NCBI GenBank assembly: GCA_964431205.1
Contig: CAYSIX010000001.1
Span: 1 to 46,242, forward strand
Length of the DNA: 46,242 nt
Direction: 5' to 3'
Origin: an uncultured Phycisphaeraceae bacterium
Lineage (GTDB): Bacteria; Planctomycetota; Phycisphaerae; Phycisphaerales; Phycisphaeraceae
A program made the position numbers and the translations under genes. Shown here piece by piece: positions 1-8,847 of this stretch. Each line of letters begins with the position of its first letter. Positions within the stretch are counted from its first letter, which is position 1. Below the pieces are notes generated by a model, which did no database searches, was not told the origin of the DNA, and saw only the letters and a program-made list of their open reading frames with translations.

Positions 1-767
1 GATCAACGCACGACTGATCGTTATGTTGCATTAAATCTGACGGGGACCACTAGGTGCGACGATTCAGGGACTTTGAGGCGGGGCTCAGCCCGAAAGGGAC
101 CGCGGAACCGAGATACCCCACACGTCGCGGCGCGGCTGCGCCCGCCGCGAGCAGATACGACGTAACATTATGTGTAATATATATTTAAGATTTTTCAGGG
201 CAGCAACGACCACACCTTTGGGCAGGTCACAAGCGAACCGGAACCGCTCGTCGAGCGACCCAGTGGAAAGGGGTGAGAAAAATCTCAAATTGATCGCTGG
301 CGGCGCGACGAATATCGGCGCGCCGCTGACCTGCCCCAATTCTTGGATCGGCCCGCTCGAATCACAGTCGATTTGAAGGGTTCCACCGCTGCCTGGGCGG
401 AAAGGAGGCAAGGGCTGCAGCCCGACTCAGTGCAGGCACAGCCTGGGGCATAGGGTCAGGCACTAACCTTCATAGCGGCGGGTACATAAGGCGGGAACAG
501 GTGACCCCAACAACCGTCTCTCGGCCCGGAAAACCATTGTAAATTCCACTGCCCGGATCTGACCCTTAGCGATTTTCCGACCCTTCATACATACCTTCTC
601 GAATGCGTGTGAAGCAACACGGAAAAATAGCTTACAGCAACACCAGAATGCGTCTACACGAAGTTCCAGTTCAAGGCCCCACTCAACCTGTCGATCGCAG
701 GCGAGAGAGGCGTGGTCATTCGCGCACCGTTGCGATCACGGCCGTCGCCTCTTCGCCGCCCGATCGA

Positions 768-2888
768 TCAGTCATTCAACGGGATCGACCATACACCGAC
801 ATTCTGCGTGAAGTACAGCTTGCCGTCTAAGCCCGCCGTGAGTGACTCGATGTAGCCCGGAGCGGTCAGCCTTATGCGAGTCGTGGGTGTGCCGGCGGAG
901 GCGTCAAGCTCGACGATCGAGTTGCCGGCGGCGACCCACAGCCGCGTCCCCTTCACGTCGATCGAGTGCACGAATCCCGGATTCGAAGTACCGTTGGGCC
1001 AAGGGATCGTCCGGCCAAACGTCAGCGACTGCGGGTCGAACGGATGAAACCCGTGCTTGGTGACGACCCAAGCCTGATCCGTGCCGGGCAGGTAGGCGAC
1101 CGAGGCACCCTCGGTCTGCTCGCTGATCAATTGGCGAAAGACGACCTTCTCGGCAACGGGGTCGAACACGAAGAAGATCGTCGGCTTGTCACCGGGGGGC
1201 GGACCGTTGAACCGGTTGCTGCTGAGGCCGAAGACGTATTGATCGTTGGCTGCGACCTTTCCGACGGCGTACGGCTCGTCCCCGGCCAGCCATGCCGCTT
1301 CCCAGTACTTCGCCTCTCCGGTCTCGGGACAATACATCGATAGCAGGCCTTCGGTCAGCACCTGCCGCTTGCCCCACCCGACGAACAGGCAGCCGCGCGG
1401 ACCCACGACCATGCCGCCCTGCGGACGCGACGCCTCGCCGAGATCCTTCGCACCGTAGTCCACCACGCGCTTGGGATTCACGTTGTCCCATTGATTCCAC
1501 GGCTGATCCGGGTCCCAACGGCCCAGGTCGCCGAACGCGTAAGCTGGGAAATACCAGTAGCCATCGACGAATCGCGCGTCGGTCACCTCACCGTTGCGAT
1601 CGAACACCTGCGAGGTGTTCTCGAGCAGGTCGCGCGCCGGATCGAAGCGGAACAGAGTCTGACCGAAGCGCGGCCCGCCGATGATCCCCCCGGCCGGATC
1701 GGCCCGGATGAACTCCATCGACACGGGCGGAGGGTCCTCCGCGGCGCGCTTCAGCGTGATCGACGTGGCCATCGGCTCGGCGACGAAGTACTCCTGCCCC
1801 CGCATGCCCACGGCCTTGCCCGTGCTCGTCACTCCCACAAAGTGCCCGCCCTTGAGGCCGAGGTTCCACACCGGCCGGGGCTCGGCGCCGTCACTCTCGA
1901 TCAGGTAATACACCCCATCACTGCCCTCGAGCACGATGCGCCCCGGTCGGGATGATCGCAGGACACCCAGATATTGCACGTTGGCGGGTGCCTTCCATTC
2001 CTCGACCGGTTCGAACCGGCGAACGTCGGGATCAAACCGACCGATCCCGCGTATCGTCCCCTCCCCGCCCGGATCGGGATAGCTGATGCCGACGTAGAGC
2101 TCACCGTCAATCGTGACACGCTCGCCGTACAGATCCTGCTCGACGACGAACCGCTCGCCGGTATCGACATGCACCGCGACGTCGTGCGGATCGATGAGCC
2201 GCGAGTGTCCGACTACCCACCCGTCGCTGGTCACGCCCACATAAGAGACGCGCTCGTTCTCGCCCTCGGACCGCTGGCCGATGTAGCCCAAATCCTCGTA
2301 CTGGCGCGTGTCTGGATTGAACCGGAAGACATGGCCGGTCGGGTAGCTGCCATGGTACACCCACCCGTCGCCGGCGCTGCCCATCCGTCCGGCATAAAGC
2401 GGCTGCGGATCGTTCTCGACGGGGAAGACGCCACCGTCCACGACCCGCTTGGTCCGCAGATCCACCGTCACGAAGTGCAACGGGTTGAGCGACTCGAAGA
2501 CGACGCGTCCGGGACGGTACTCGCGCATATCCCATCCGCCTCCGCCGTTGGGAAAAGGCACCGTCCACCGCTCGCCGGTCTCAGTGTCAATGATCACGGC
2601 GCTGCCGTTGGACCCGTCGCCGGGGGTGCAACTGTTGGCCACCAGCAGGTCGTGCCCGGTGCCGGGATCGGTGTAGAGGTCCACGGCCAGGGGGTTGATC
2701 ATGCGGCACGGGTTGCCTTCGTGCGTGGCGCCGGCGGCGACCAGTTGCTCGGCAAAGCGCTGACGGTGCTCGTTCGTCAGGTCGGCGCTGGTCGGTTGGG
2801 CCCCCGTGAACGCGGCGGAAATGGCCAGGGTCGCGCCGAGGAGGCCGATCCGAGCCCTGTGATGGAATCGATGTGAGATCCGGTGCAT
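768..2888 (-). CDS. Exported repeat protein of unknown function (possibly beta-propeller-like)
   Basis: ORF 768..2972 (-). I place the start at ATG 2888: MHRISHRFHHRARIGLLGATLAISAAFTGAQP has a basic n-region plus hydrophobic core (signal peptide), with GGGAG 8 nt upstream. About 700 aa rich in G/W/D/Y strand-like repeats (DGWVYHGSYP, DGWVVGHS, GKLYFTQNVGVWSI). No catalytic motif recognised. Confidence 0.6.
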   Translation of the reverse strand: MHRISHRFHHRARIGLLGATLAISAAFTGAQPTSADLTNEHRQRFAEQLVAAGATHEGNPCRMINPLAVDLYTDPGTGHDLLVANSCTPGDGSNGSAVIIDTETGERWTVPFPNGGGGWDMREYRPGRVVFESLNPLHFVTVDLRTKRVVDGGVFPVENDPQPLYAGRMGSAGDGWVYHGSYPTGHVFRFNPDTRQYEDLGYIGQRSEGENERVSYVGVTSDGWVVGHSRLIDPHDVAVHVDTGERFVVEQDLYGERVTIDGELYVGISYPDPGGEGTIRGIGRFDPDVRRFEPVEEWKAPANVQYLGVLRSSRPGRIVLEGSDGVYYLIESDGAEPRPVWNLGLKGGHFVGVTSTGKAVGMRGQEYFVAEPMATSITLKRAAEDPPPVSMEFIRADPAGGIIGGPRFGQTLFRFDPARDLLENTSQVFDRNGEVTDARFVDGYWYFPAYAFGDLGRWDPDQPWNQWDNVNPKRVVDYGAKDLGEASRPQGGMVVGPRGCLFVGWGKRQVLTEGLLSMYCPETGEAKYWEAAWLAGDEPYAVGKVAANDQYVFGLSSNRFNGPPPGDKPTIFFVFDPVAEKVVFRQLISEQTEGASVAYLPGTDQAWVVTKHGFHPFDPQSLTFGRTIPWPNGTSNPGFVHSIDVKGTRLWVAAGNSIVELDASAGTPTTRIRLTAPGYIESLTAGLDGKLYFTQNVGVWSIPLND

Positions 2889-3031
2889 GGCGTTGGCTCC
2901 CGTTTGAGGGGTCGTGTGATGCCGATGTCCACTGCAAAGGATCAGCATACCGACTTTATATCGCTTCGTCAATTACCACCTCGGACGCGTGTCCGATCTC
3001 GGCCGCCGTGGTCGGTGCGGACGGCTTCCCC

Positions 3032-4087
3032 TTACGCGAAAGCGTCCAAGCCGATCTGGTCCAACCAGGCGAACGGCTTCTCGAACTCGCTGAGAAAAAA
3101 CAGGATGCGCTCGTAGTCGGGTACCTTTGCCTGCCCCTCGATCCGGTAACAGGCCCACAGGCCGAGCATGGCCAGGGGCAACACGCGTTTTTCGGTCGCC
3201 GAAAGTGGTAGGATCGACTCGTAGGCATCAAGAAAGGCGCGCATCGGCTCGACTTTAAGAATCGGGCATTGTGTCAGTGACCAGATGTCGTTGCTGCGCA
3301 GTTCCCGCACGCGATGCGCGCCGAAGAAGAACATGCCCTCGGCGATATCACGAGTGCGCGCATCCCGCCATGCCCAGTCGAAGTCGAGCAGCGCGCGCAC
3401 CCGGCCATCCCGGTCGAACAGCAGATTGAAACAGTTGAAATCGCCGTGAATCACGTGGCCGCCGACCTGATCGTGCAGCACGGGCGGGTATTGCTCAGCG
3501 AGCCACCGGATCCGAGCCCGGGCGCGTTCGATCTGGGCACGATATCGCCGCTCCATCGGCAGCAACAGCAGGTGCTCGATCGCCTCGAGCATGGCGTGCG
3601 GGTCGTCTACGCGAGCGCGCTCCCGGACCGGTGGGTCGAGGTTGGTGAACTGGGGACACAGCGGTTCACAGGGCGCGGCATAGGAGGCGGCGGCACGATG
3701 AAAACAGGCGAGTGTCTCGGCGGCGGTTCGTCGTGCCGGGATCTCAAGCGAACGAGTGTACTGCATTCCTTCGATGAAGTCGTAGATCTCATAGACCTCA
3801 TGCTCAATCACAAGGGCGGTGCGGCCATCAGGCGTCGGCAACGGCGCATAAACGGGAAGTCCTAGGTCTTGAAGGTGGCGGCGCAGCCCGTGGTCGAAGG
3901 CGACGCGTGCGGGCTCGGACGTACGAACGCCGCGACGACGCACGAATTTTGTGCCGCCGTCAGTTTCGACTCGCCACGTTCGGCCGCCGGTGCCGCCGGC
4001 CGGTCGAAACGCACGCAGCCGCAACCCGTGCGCTTCCAGGATCTGGATCAGCAATGTTCGCCAATTGACTTCGGCAGTCTGCCTCAT
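3032..4087 (-). CDS. Phosphotransferase of the APH / choline-kinase-like family (substrate unknown; same fold family as anomeric amino-sugar kinases)
   Basis: 351 aa. Catalytic-loop motif HVIHGDFNCFNLLF (HxDxxxxN) and metal-binding LLDFDWA (DFD) are typical of aminoglycoside-phosphotransferase-type kinases. Confidence 0.7.
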   Translation of the reverse strand: MRQTAEVNWRTLLIQILEAHGLRLRAFRPAGGTGGRTWRVETDGGTKFVRRRGVRTSEPARVAFDHGLRRHLQDLGLPVYAPLPTPDGRTALVIEHEVYEIYDFIEGMQYTRSLEIPARRTAAETLACFHRAAASYAAPCEPLCPQFTNLDPPVRERARVDDPHAMLEAIEHLLLLPMERRYRAQIERARARIRWLAEQYPPVLHDQVGGHVIHGDFNCFNLLFDRDGRVRALLDFDWAWRDARTRDIAEGMFFFGAHRVRELRSNDIWSLTQCPILKVEPMRAFLDAYESILPLSATEKRVLPLAMLGLWACYRIEGQAKVPDYERILFFLSEFEKPFAWLDQIGLDAFA

Positions 4088-4582
4088 AGCGGTGGCCCGC
4101 CTCGGGAGGTGGGAATCAAGACCGCCCCAAGACTTTTAATCAAAACGATAATAAGATCTGCTCTCACTTGCAACTCACTGGCGACAGCGCGCCGGGGCCA
4201 CGTCGATGTCTGCACATGGCTCGTCCGCCCAAGCGGGCGAGGTCGCGTCGAGTGAACAAGCCGAAGATCGCCGATAGCCGATAGGATAACGGAATGACAG
4301 GCGAGAATCAGCGCGTCGCCTTGAGCCTGACGAGTCCCGCGTGGCAGCGAGGGACCGATCCATCGGCGCGGAAGGACGGCAGGTGACTTGAATGGCGTAC
4401 CAAGAGAAGGGGCACCCTCGCGGCGAGCCATGACACGAGTTGACGATGCGAACCGGGCGGCATATATTATCATGTAGTTATTTTCGGACCCAATCCGATC
4501 GTTAAGCGGCGTGGATTGGGACGTTGTGGAGCCCGTTGTCACGCCCCTTCCTCGTGGTCGTGCATAAAAAGGCGAACGTCAC

Positions 4583-5779
4583 ATGAACGTACCCGCGGAC
4601 GCGAACGGATTCGTCTCCCAGCTGGCCCTGCCCGGCGAATCCACGACGTCGTCGGCCTCCACCGCGGGGCGTCGGCGAAAGCCTCTGATCATCAACGCTC
4701 GGCACCGCAGGATCCTGCGTGCGGTGTTCCTCAACGGCCAGTCCTTTCGCCGCGAGCTTCACGACCTGACGGGAATCCGGCTCAATACTGTGGGGACGGA
4801 CGCCGCCGCGCTGGTCGAGGCGGGCATCCTGCGCGAGTGCGAGCCGGTGGCGTCCGAGGGCGGTCGGCCCCGCACGCCGTTGGAGATCGACCCGGACCGC
4901 AGGCGGGTGATCGGCCTGAGGATCGAAGAGAACTATGCCGAGTTGTCGCGCATGGACCTGAATGGGCAGCGCATCGGATCGGTGGACTCGTGTCGATCGG
5001 GAAATCCACAGTTGCTGGTTCGGATCGCCGCCGAGATGCTCACGGCGCATCGGGGGGACGACATCATCGCCATCGGCGTGACGGTGCCGCAGCGCGACGA
5101 GGAGCCATCAGACCGCCGCGAGTCCCCCGCAATCCGTATGGGCGATCGGGACATCAGTCTCAAGCCCATCCTGAAGGCCGCGGCCGACTGCCCGATCGTC
5201 ATCAAAGACTTCATGGAGGCGGTGACCGCCCGGTGGCTGCTGTCGTACCGCAATGAGCCGGACGACCAGGTGACGCTGGTCTATCTGGGTAACGGGCGGG
5301 TGCGCGCCGCGCATCTGGTGGCCGGCCAGCCGCTGCAGGGCGTCACATCCGGCAGCAGCGACCTGGGCGCTCTTCGTGTCTGTGTCCGCGATGAGGGCAC
5401 CGACGAGCCTCGACTCATCCGACTGGACCAGGTTCTTAGCACGAGCATGCTCAAGGGCACAGAACTCGAGGGTGTTCCACTTGAAGACCTTCTGCAATCG
5501 GAGGAGCTGCGCCCGCAAGTGGCGGAGATTCTCGACCACCTCGCGATGGTGCTGGCCAACTCCATCGTGCTGAACAAACCGCATCGACTGGTCCTAGTGA
5601 CCGAGATGCAGATGCACACCAACGCTGAGCGGTACGTGGCCGATCGGGTGTACGGGCTGCTGCCGCGAGCGCTGGCGCCGGTCGTCCGGGTGATCTTTCA
5701 AGAGCAGCACGTCGGGCCGCACGCCGACTCGGCCGCCTGGCTCCAACTGGCCAATCTTTACCTTGAGGGGTGGTCCTAA
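4583..5779 (+). CDS. ROK-like transcriptional regulator (divergent)
   Basis: 398 aa. N-terminal winged-helix segment (RRILRAVFLNGQSFRRELHDLTGIRLNTVGTDAAALVEAGILRE..GGRPRTPLEIDP) is followed by a sugar-kinase-fold domain starting VIGLRIEENYAELSRMDLNG. This is the NagC/XylR ROK repressor layout. The ROK zinc motif CxCGxxGC was not found. Confidence 0.5.
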   Translation: MNVPADANGFVSQLALPGESTTSSASTAGRRRKPLIINARHRRILRAVFLNGQSFRRELHDLTGIRLNTVGTDAAALVEAGILRECEPVASEGGRPRTPLEIDPDRRRVIGLRIEENYAELSRMDLNGQRIGSVDSCRSGNPQLLVRIAAEMLTAHRGDDIIAIGVTVPQRDEEPSDRRESPAIRMGDRDISLKPILKAAADCPIVIKDFMEAVTARWLLSYRNEPDDQVTLVYLGNGRVRAAHLVAGQPLQGVTSGSSDLGALRVCVRDEGTDEPRLIRLDQVLSTSMLKGTELEGVPLEDLLQSEELRPQVAEILDHLAMVLANSIVLNKPHRLVLVTEMQMHTNAERYVADRVYGLLPRALAPVVRVIFQEQHVGPHADSAAWLQLANLYLEGWS

Positions 5780-5828
5780 GCGAGCACGCGACGAACCCCC
5801 GCCGCGCCCCGCATCACAGTTCCTCGAG

Positions 5829-6935
5829 ATGAAGGACCCCGCACCACTCGACGCTTTGACTCCCAATCCGGCCAGCATAGCCGAAGTGGACCCGCATGAC
5901 TGCGGCGCACCGGGCCCGCTGAACCGACGCCGCGCCGCGCTGACCCAGACCGAGCACTTTTCCCTCGCCCCTTGGCCTGATGGACACCGCTGGGCCTACT
6001 CAATTACGTTTGACGAGGCGCTGGCTGACCTGCATCGATTCGCCGTACCTCTGCTCGCCGAGCACGAGGTCCCCGGCCACCTCGAGGTGGTCGTCAGCCA
6101 GATCGGCCGGATGCGTGAAATCGGCGACTCGAGCTACAACGGCATGCGGCACATGTCCGCCGAAGAGCTCCGCGAGATGCTGGACGCGGGATGGGGCGTC
6201 GGCAACCACAGCTGGTCTCACCGGATTGTCAACGCACAGACGTGTGAGCTCGAGCTCGGCCACGCCAAGGCCGTGCTGGAGCAAACGATCGGTCAGCGCG
6301 TCACCGTCTACTGTGCGCCCGGATCGAACGCCAACCTGAACGATGCGGCGATCGACGCCTGTCGCGCGTTCGGCTACCTCGGCGCGATGAGCATAACCGA
6401 TGCCCTGAACTGGCCGAACAGCGAGGACCTGCTCTGGATCAATCGAACGTTCCTGCATGATCACGGCTACGGTCCGTTCTTCTCCGCGTTCGACCCCTAC
6501 CGAAACATCCTGTACGCGCAACGGGACAGCGGATGGTTGATTGACTACCTGCATTGTCCTCTGGAACAACCCATTCATCCCCAAAAGGATTGCTCGGCGA
6601 ATCAACTGGAGCGTCGCCTCGCGGCGATCCGCGCGATCGGCGGCGATGAGGTTTGGTGCGCGCGGGTGGAAGACGCCGTTGAGTACCGGTATGTGTTGCG
6701 TCACGCCCACGTCGAGTCGCTCGGGCCGGCGTCCTACCGCCTGTCGCTTCGAAGCCTCCCCACCGAGGTATCGTCTCGGCGGCTCACGCTGCTGACCGAA
6801 TCGCGTGACGCCGTGGTCGAGATCAACGGGCGGCCGACGCGGGTGAGCCGGCGTTCCGGGGGCGTTGCCTGGATCACGTTGGACTTGAGCGAGCCGTTGA
6901 TCGTTCGATTCGCCTCAGAGACGCTGAACCTATGA
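5829..6935 (+). CDS. Polysaccharide deacetylase (CE4/NodB-like)
   Basis: ORF 5763..6935. The track start (TTG 5763) overlaps the upstream gene, so ATG 5829 is preferred but uncertain. NodB motifs present: SITFDE (TFDD-like) and GNHSWSH (HSxxH). Confidence 0.7.
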   Translation: MKDPAPLDALTPNPASIAEVDPHDCGAPGPLNRRRAALTQTEHFSLAPWPDGHRWAYSITFDEALADLHRFAVPLLAEHEVPGHLEVVVSQIGRMREIGDSSYNGMRHMSAEELREMLDAGWGVGNHSWSHRIVNAQTCELELGHAKAVLEQTIGQRVTVYCAPGSNANLNDAAIDACRAFGYLGAMSITDALNWPNSEDLLWINRTFLHDHGYGPFFSAFDPYRNILYAQRDSGWLIDYLHCPLEQPIHPQKDCSANQLERRLAAIRAIGGDEVWCARVEDAVEYRYVLRHAHVESLGPASYRLSLRSLPTEVSSRRLTLLTESRDAVVEINGRPTRVSRRSGGVAWITLDLSEPLIVRFASETLNL

Positions 6936-7828
6936 ACGATCCCCGCCCTGTCACCGTCGCGACCGCTTCGGTCTCCGTCCCCGGTCGGCCGAACGACCCC
7001 GAGGCCTACCGGGAGGCGAGCTTCGACCTGATTCGCCAGGCGGGTGAGCGCGGAGCCGACGTCGTCTGTCTTCCCGAGTTCACCTGTTCACGCCACATGG
7101 AGGGTGACCGCTTCGAGCCGGAGCCCGTCCCCGGCGCGGCATCCACGAAGCTTGGAGAGCTGGCCCGCGCGTATCACATGTGGGTGATCGGGTGCCTGCT
7201 GGAGAAAGCGGACGACGGCCGGTGCTACAACACCGCCCTGCTATTCGGGCGCGATGGCCACCTCGCGGGACGGTATCGCAAGACGCACCTGTGTCACCGG
7301 GACTGCGGTGAGGGAGAACGTGTCGCGGCGGGCGACGAAGTCCCGGTCTTCCGGACCGACTTCGGAACCATCGCCATCACCGTCTGCTTCGACATCCACT
7401 TCCCCGAGCTTTACCGGGCCATGGCCGATCAAGGCGCCGAGATCTTCTTCTGGCCCAGCGCTGCCATCGATTACACCGGTGAGCTGATCGAGCACATGGT
7501 CAACACGCGAGCGGTAGACAACCAGGCCTACGTCGTGACCAGTCACACCGTCGCGACGCCGTATCTGGTAGGCCGACCGTACGGGCGCAGCCGCATTGTT
7601 GATTGCATGGGCCGCACACGTGCCGACACCGGACACTTCCCGGGCCTCGCGATCGCGCGCATCGACCTGGCGCAGACCTACCCGACGTGGTACGCGGGCG
7701 TCGCATATGAGAAGTACCCGACGATGCGCGAGCTGTTTCGCCGGCACCGCCGGCCGGAGCTGTACGGGTGCGCCCCCGCGGCACCGAACGGTCCGCCGCG
7801 AGCTGGTGACGCCCGACCCGCCGGCTGA
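6932..7828 (+). CDS. Carbon-nitrogen hydrolase (nitrilase-superfamily amidase)
   Basis: 298 aa. Start overlaps the upstream stop (ATGA at 6932-6935). Glu-Lys-Cys triad contexts: VVCLPEF, GRYRKTHL, IAITVCFDIHFPE. Confidence 0.75.
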   Translation: MNDPRPVTVATASVSVPGRPNDPEAYREASFDLIRQAGERGADVVCLPEFTCSRHMEGDRFEPEPVPGAASTKLGELARAYHMWVIGCLLEKADDGRCYNTALLFGRDGHLAGRYRKTHLCHRDCGEGERVAAGDEVPVFRTDFGTIAITVCFDIHFPELYRAMADQGAEIFFWPSAAIDYTGELIEHMVNTRAVDNQAYVVTSHTVATPYLVGRPYGRSRIVDCMGRTRADTGHFPGLAIARIDLAQTYPTWYAGVAYEKYPTMRELFRRHRRPELYGCAPAAPNGPPRAGDARPAG

Positions 7829-7880
7829 TCCGCGGGGCGGCGGATGGTCTCGCACCAACGTGCAGGTGGTCGCGACGCGG

Positions 7881-8819
7881 TCACGCCATCGCGGCCAGGC
7901 GCGCTTCTCGATACGCCGACAAGTACGCGCTGCCGTCTTCACGCGACGCACGCTGCGGGTTCGCGAACAGGTCCTGCAGCTCGACGGCCACCCCATCGCG
8001 CTCCCGCGAGGTCAACGCGGCGATGCCTAGAAGCTCCGGTAGCAGCCAGCGGTCCGGCGTCATCGGCGCATGATCCGTCTGCCCGGCCAGGAATGGCAGC
8101 ACCGCGCTCAACGCGCTTCGGTGCAGTTGATCGTTCGACATTACGACAAACGTGTGAAACCGTTTATCCGTCGTGAGCGCATAGTAGAAGGGCAGCTTGG
8201 CGCGCGCCGGGCCGATCACGACTACCGCCGCCGTCTCGTCGGCGAACTCCACCAGAATCCGATCCTGCCCCTTCGTCCCCAGGTGCGTCACGCGGACGGG
8301 GTCCGAGGGAACGATGGCGACCAACCCGCTCAGCGCGTGCACGCCGTAGCCGAAGCGATCGACGCCGCAACCTGCCAGCACCGTGTGAATCCGCTCCCCC
8401 GAGGCGTCCAGCTCAGTTCGGCACACCCGCACCTCATCGGCGAACCGGATCGAGGACCCCCCCGAGACCCGTGCGCCCGACTCGACGAGTTGCCTGAGCG
8501 AGATCAGGTGATCGACCCGCCCCGCGACCGGCTTATCCAGAAACACGGACCGGCCGGCATCGAGGAACGGCCGGGCACGGTCCACGTGCGTGTCCCAGTT
8601 CGCGCCGCAAACCAACGCGCAGTCGACCAGCTCTGCGCATTGATCGAGCCTCTCGGCCACGTGGGGTATGTCGTGCTCAGCCGCGAACGACTCCGCGTAG
8701 CCCTCGGGATACACGTCGCCCGAGTCATAAACGCACACGACCTCGTGGCCCAGGTCCCGCAGGATCGGAACCCACCGACCGGGGTGTGATGTGTCCAGGT
8801 CTACAAATCCAACACGCAT
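7881..8819 (-). CDS. Gfo/Idh/MocA-like oxidoreductase with degenerate dinucleotide loop
   Basis: 312 aa. AAGGAAGG lies 8 nt upstream of the ATG. VFLDKP corresponds to the family EKP motif. The N-terminus MRVGFVDLDTSHPG lacks a clean GxGxxG. Confidence 0.5.
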   Translation of the reverse strand: MRVGFVDLDTSHPGRWVPILRDLGHEVVCVYDSGDVYPEGYAESFAAEHDIPHVAERLDQCAELVDCALVCGANWDTHVDRARPFLDAGRSVFLDKPVAGRVDHLISLRQLVESGARVSGGSSIRFADEVRVCRTELDASGERIHTVLAGCGVDRFGYGVHALSGLVAIVPSDPVRVTHLGTKGQDRILVEFADETAAVVVIGPARAKLPFYYALTTDKRFHTFVVMSNDQLHRSALSAVLPFLAGQTDHAPMTPDRWLLPELLGIAALTSRERDGVAVELQDLFANPQRASREDGSAYLSAYREARLAAMA

Positions 8820-8847
8820 GCAACGACCCTTCCTTGATGTGGGTCTA

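Noticed and set aside
85-411. 108-aa minus-strand ORF and 68-aa plus-strand ORF (170..376) in the first 400 nt
   Set aside because: Both span the AT-rich island and GC hairpins, have no RBS and no protein-like composition, and overlap each other. The region is treated as non-coding.
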